64,000 nt of DNA from a virus: positions 40,311 to 104,310 of IMG/VR virus record IMGVR_UViG_3300045988_165550, one strand, 5' to 3'. This document shows, piece by piece, positions 63,002 to 64,000 of the stretch (its first letter is position 1; every line of letters starts with the position of its first letter). Below the pieces are notes generated by a model. It was not told the origin of the DNA. It worked only from the letters and a program-made list of their open reading frames with translations, and did no database searches. Position numbers and translations under genes: made by a program.

Positions 63002-63469
63002 TCATCCTTCTTCGGGCAGCAGCACCACTCCCACCCTTACTTTCTTTCCGCAGTGAGGGCAGAAGGTGGAAGTCTGGATCATCTGCTGCTGCTGATTTTC
63101 TGATACCAGTCCGTTTTCGTGAACCGGATAGGCTGGCTCGCTCCCTGCTACCTGCTGCACGAAATTCACGTCCCTAAGAATGAAACCTTCCGGCAGATCT
63201 CCACGTAGCGTAGCGTTCAGAGTTTCACTATCGTTTTCCGTTTCGGCAGGAGTCTCTTTCTCTTCTGCCTCTTCCGCAGGGTCGGGATAGAAAAGGTCGG
63301 TGATGTCGCAGCCGATGCCTTCAGCTATCTGCATCAGCTTGGCAACGGTGGGGTTGCCGCCTTTGATGATGGCGCTGATATTCGGAGCGATGATACCCGA
63401 TTTCTTCGCCAATTCAATCTGACTCATATTGTGCTCGGTAAGAGCACGCCTAATATCCAGTTTCTTCAT
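63002..63469 (-). CDS. XRE-family HTH transcriptional regulator (repressor-like)
   Basis: N-terminal HTH ALTEHNMSQIELAKKSGIIAPNISAIIKGGNPTVAKLMQIAEGIG. It faces a divergent promoter region. Confidence 0.85.
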   Translation of the reverse strand: MKKLDIRRALTEHNMSQIELAKKSGIIAPNISAIIKGGNPTVAKLMQIAEGIGCDITDLFYPDPAEEAEEKETPAETENDSETLNATLRGDLPEGFILRDVNFVQQVAGSEPAYPVHENGLVSENQQQQMIQTSTFCPHCGKKVRVGVVLLPEEG

Positions 63470-63500
63470 ATTATTACCTATTAATATATTATTTTCGCTG

Positions 63501-63508
63501 CAAAAATA
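63501..63508 (-). promoter_or_regulatory. Bacteroidota -7 promoter box (minus strand)
   Basis: Plus-strand caaaaata equals TATTTTTG on the minus strand, 32 nt upstream of ATG 63469. Confidence 0.45.
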
Positions 63509-63525
63509 CGATAAAAAAACGTATT
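63505..63525. promoter_or_regulatory. inverted repeat AATACG-N9-CGTATT, candidate operator
   Basis: The dyad overlaps the -7 box of the XRE gene promoter. Confidence 0.35.
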
Positions 63526-63604
63526 ACGCAAGTTTTTTTGGCATAAAATTACAGAAAAAGGTAATTTTCCCTAGAAAATGTTTGGTTGTTTCGAGAAATC
63601 TCCT

Positions 63605-63612
63605 TATCTTTG
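63605..63612 (+). promoter_or_regulatory. Bacteroidota -7 promoter box
   Basis: TATCTTTG, divergent from the XRE gene. Confidence 0.45.
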
Positions 63613-63860
63613 CACCGTCTAAAAAAATAAAATGTCGGGAACGTAGAAAGTATCGAAGCACATGATGTGCCTCTGATACAGAGGCTGCATATACATATAT
63701 GGCAGTGTGAACTCCCCTGCTTGCGATGTAATGTCGCTGGCGTGGTAAGCTCTTTTCTATGTTCGAGCGTTTTATGCCATTAGACAAGGGGTTAAGGGCG
63801 CACTGCCTCTTTATATATAATAATGTGTGTCGATGTCTAATAAATAATAGTAACATAGTA

Positions 63861-64000
63861 ATGAATCAAACAACCATTACCCTACCAATGGGTAAAGCTG
63901 ACCTCCAGGAGGCAGCCACGGCAGTAATCGAGCAGCTTGCCACTGCACCACCCGACACTGGGAGTATGAGCCAAGAGCAGTCCATATCCTATAATATGGG
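63861..64000 (+). CDS. hypothetical protein, 5' partial (runs off the window)
   Basis: The frame is open from ATG 63759 or ATG 63861 to the window end (MNQTTITLPMGKADLQEAATAV...). It is absent from the track because no stop codon lies within the window. Confidence 0.35.
   Translation, partial: MNQTTITLPMGKADLQEAATAVIEQLATAPPDTGSMSQEQSISYNM

Noticed and set aside
63524-63856. 110-aa minus-strand ORF in the control region
   Set aside because: It would run through the plus-strand promoter box and leader and overlaps the likely plus-strand ORF start. It has no promoter box of its own and odd composition.
1-64000. Prophage boundaries (integrase, att repeats), additional VR copies matching the TR, and tRNA/rRNA genes
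   Set aside because: I found no integrase or transposase-like ORF, no second sequence resembling TR 59368..59497, and no tRNA-like cloverleaf by eye. These absences need computational confirmation with tRNAscan, a repeat search and HMM searches.

Overview
The whole 64-kb window reads as a tailed dsDNA phage or prophage of a Bacteroidota host. Supporting this, 14 operon fronts carry the Bacteroidota -7 promoter box TAnnTTTG, there are no Shine-Dalgarno sites, and many genes start A-rich + ATGGCA. All family calls come from motif recognition by eye; no searches were run.

Layout:
- 0.1-7.8 kb: plus-strand block of small early-type genes, including an SplB-like radical SAM, an MmcB-like nuclease and a GNAT.
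- 8.1-14.4 kb: minus-strand packaging block (TerL, beta-class DNA methyltransferase), interrupted by an opposite-strand zinc-ribbon/Vsr-like endonuclease gene.
- 14.6-22.8 kb: holin-like gene and a 2095-aa tape measure.
- 22.8-23.7 kb: about 0.85 kb of non-coding, iteron-rich, origin-like sequence.
- 23.7-26.9 kb: VirE_N-like replication protein, a guanylate-kinase-like kinase and a divergent ThyX-like protein.
- 29.5-33.2 kb: S49 protease-scaffold and capsid genes.
- 33.6 kb: a LysR regulator moron.
- 36.8 kb: GH108 endolysin.
- 39.5-57.6 kb: putative portal and a long tail/baseplate/fibre operon.
- 62-63.5 kb: lipoprotein and XRE repressor.

Two stand-out systems:
1. An apparently catalytically intact beta-ketoacyl synthase plus acyl carrier protein pair, translationally coupled inside the tail/baseplate operon (47283..48733).
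2. A complete diversity-generating retroelement (57899..60815). Its 130-nt TR/VR pair differs at 14 positions, all of them TR adenines.

Other unexplained signals:
- Arrays of AT[A/C/T]AACT heptads at six gene junctions. Two of them form large palindromic elements with a conserved core.
- A 25-nt hairpin repeat present three times.
- Two 11-bp tandem arrays.
- A G10 tract that splits a small ORF.
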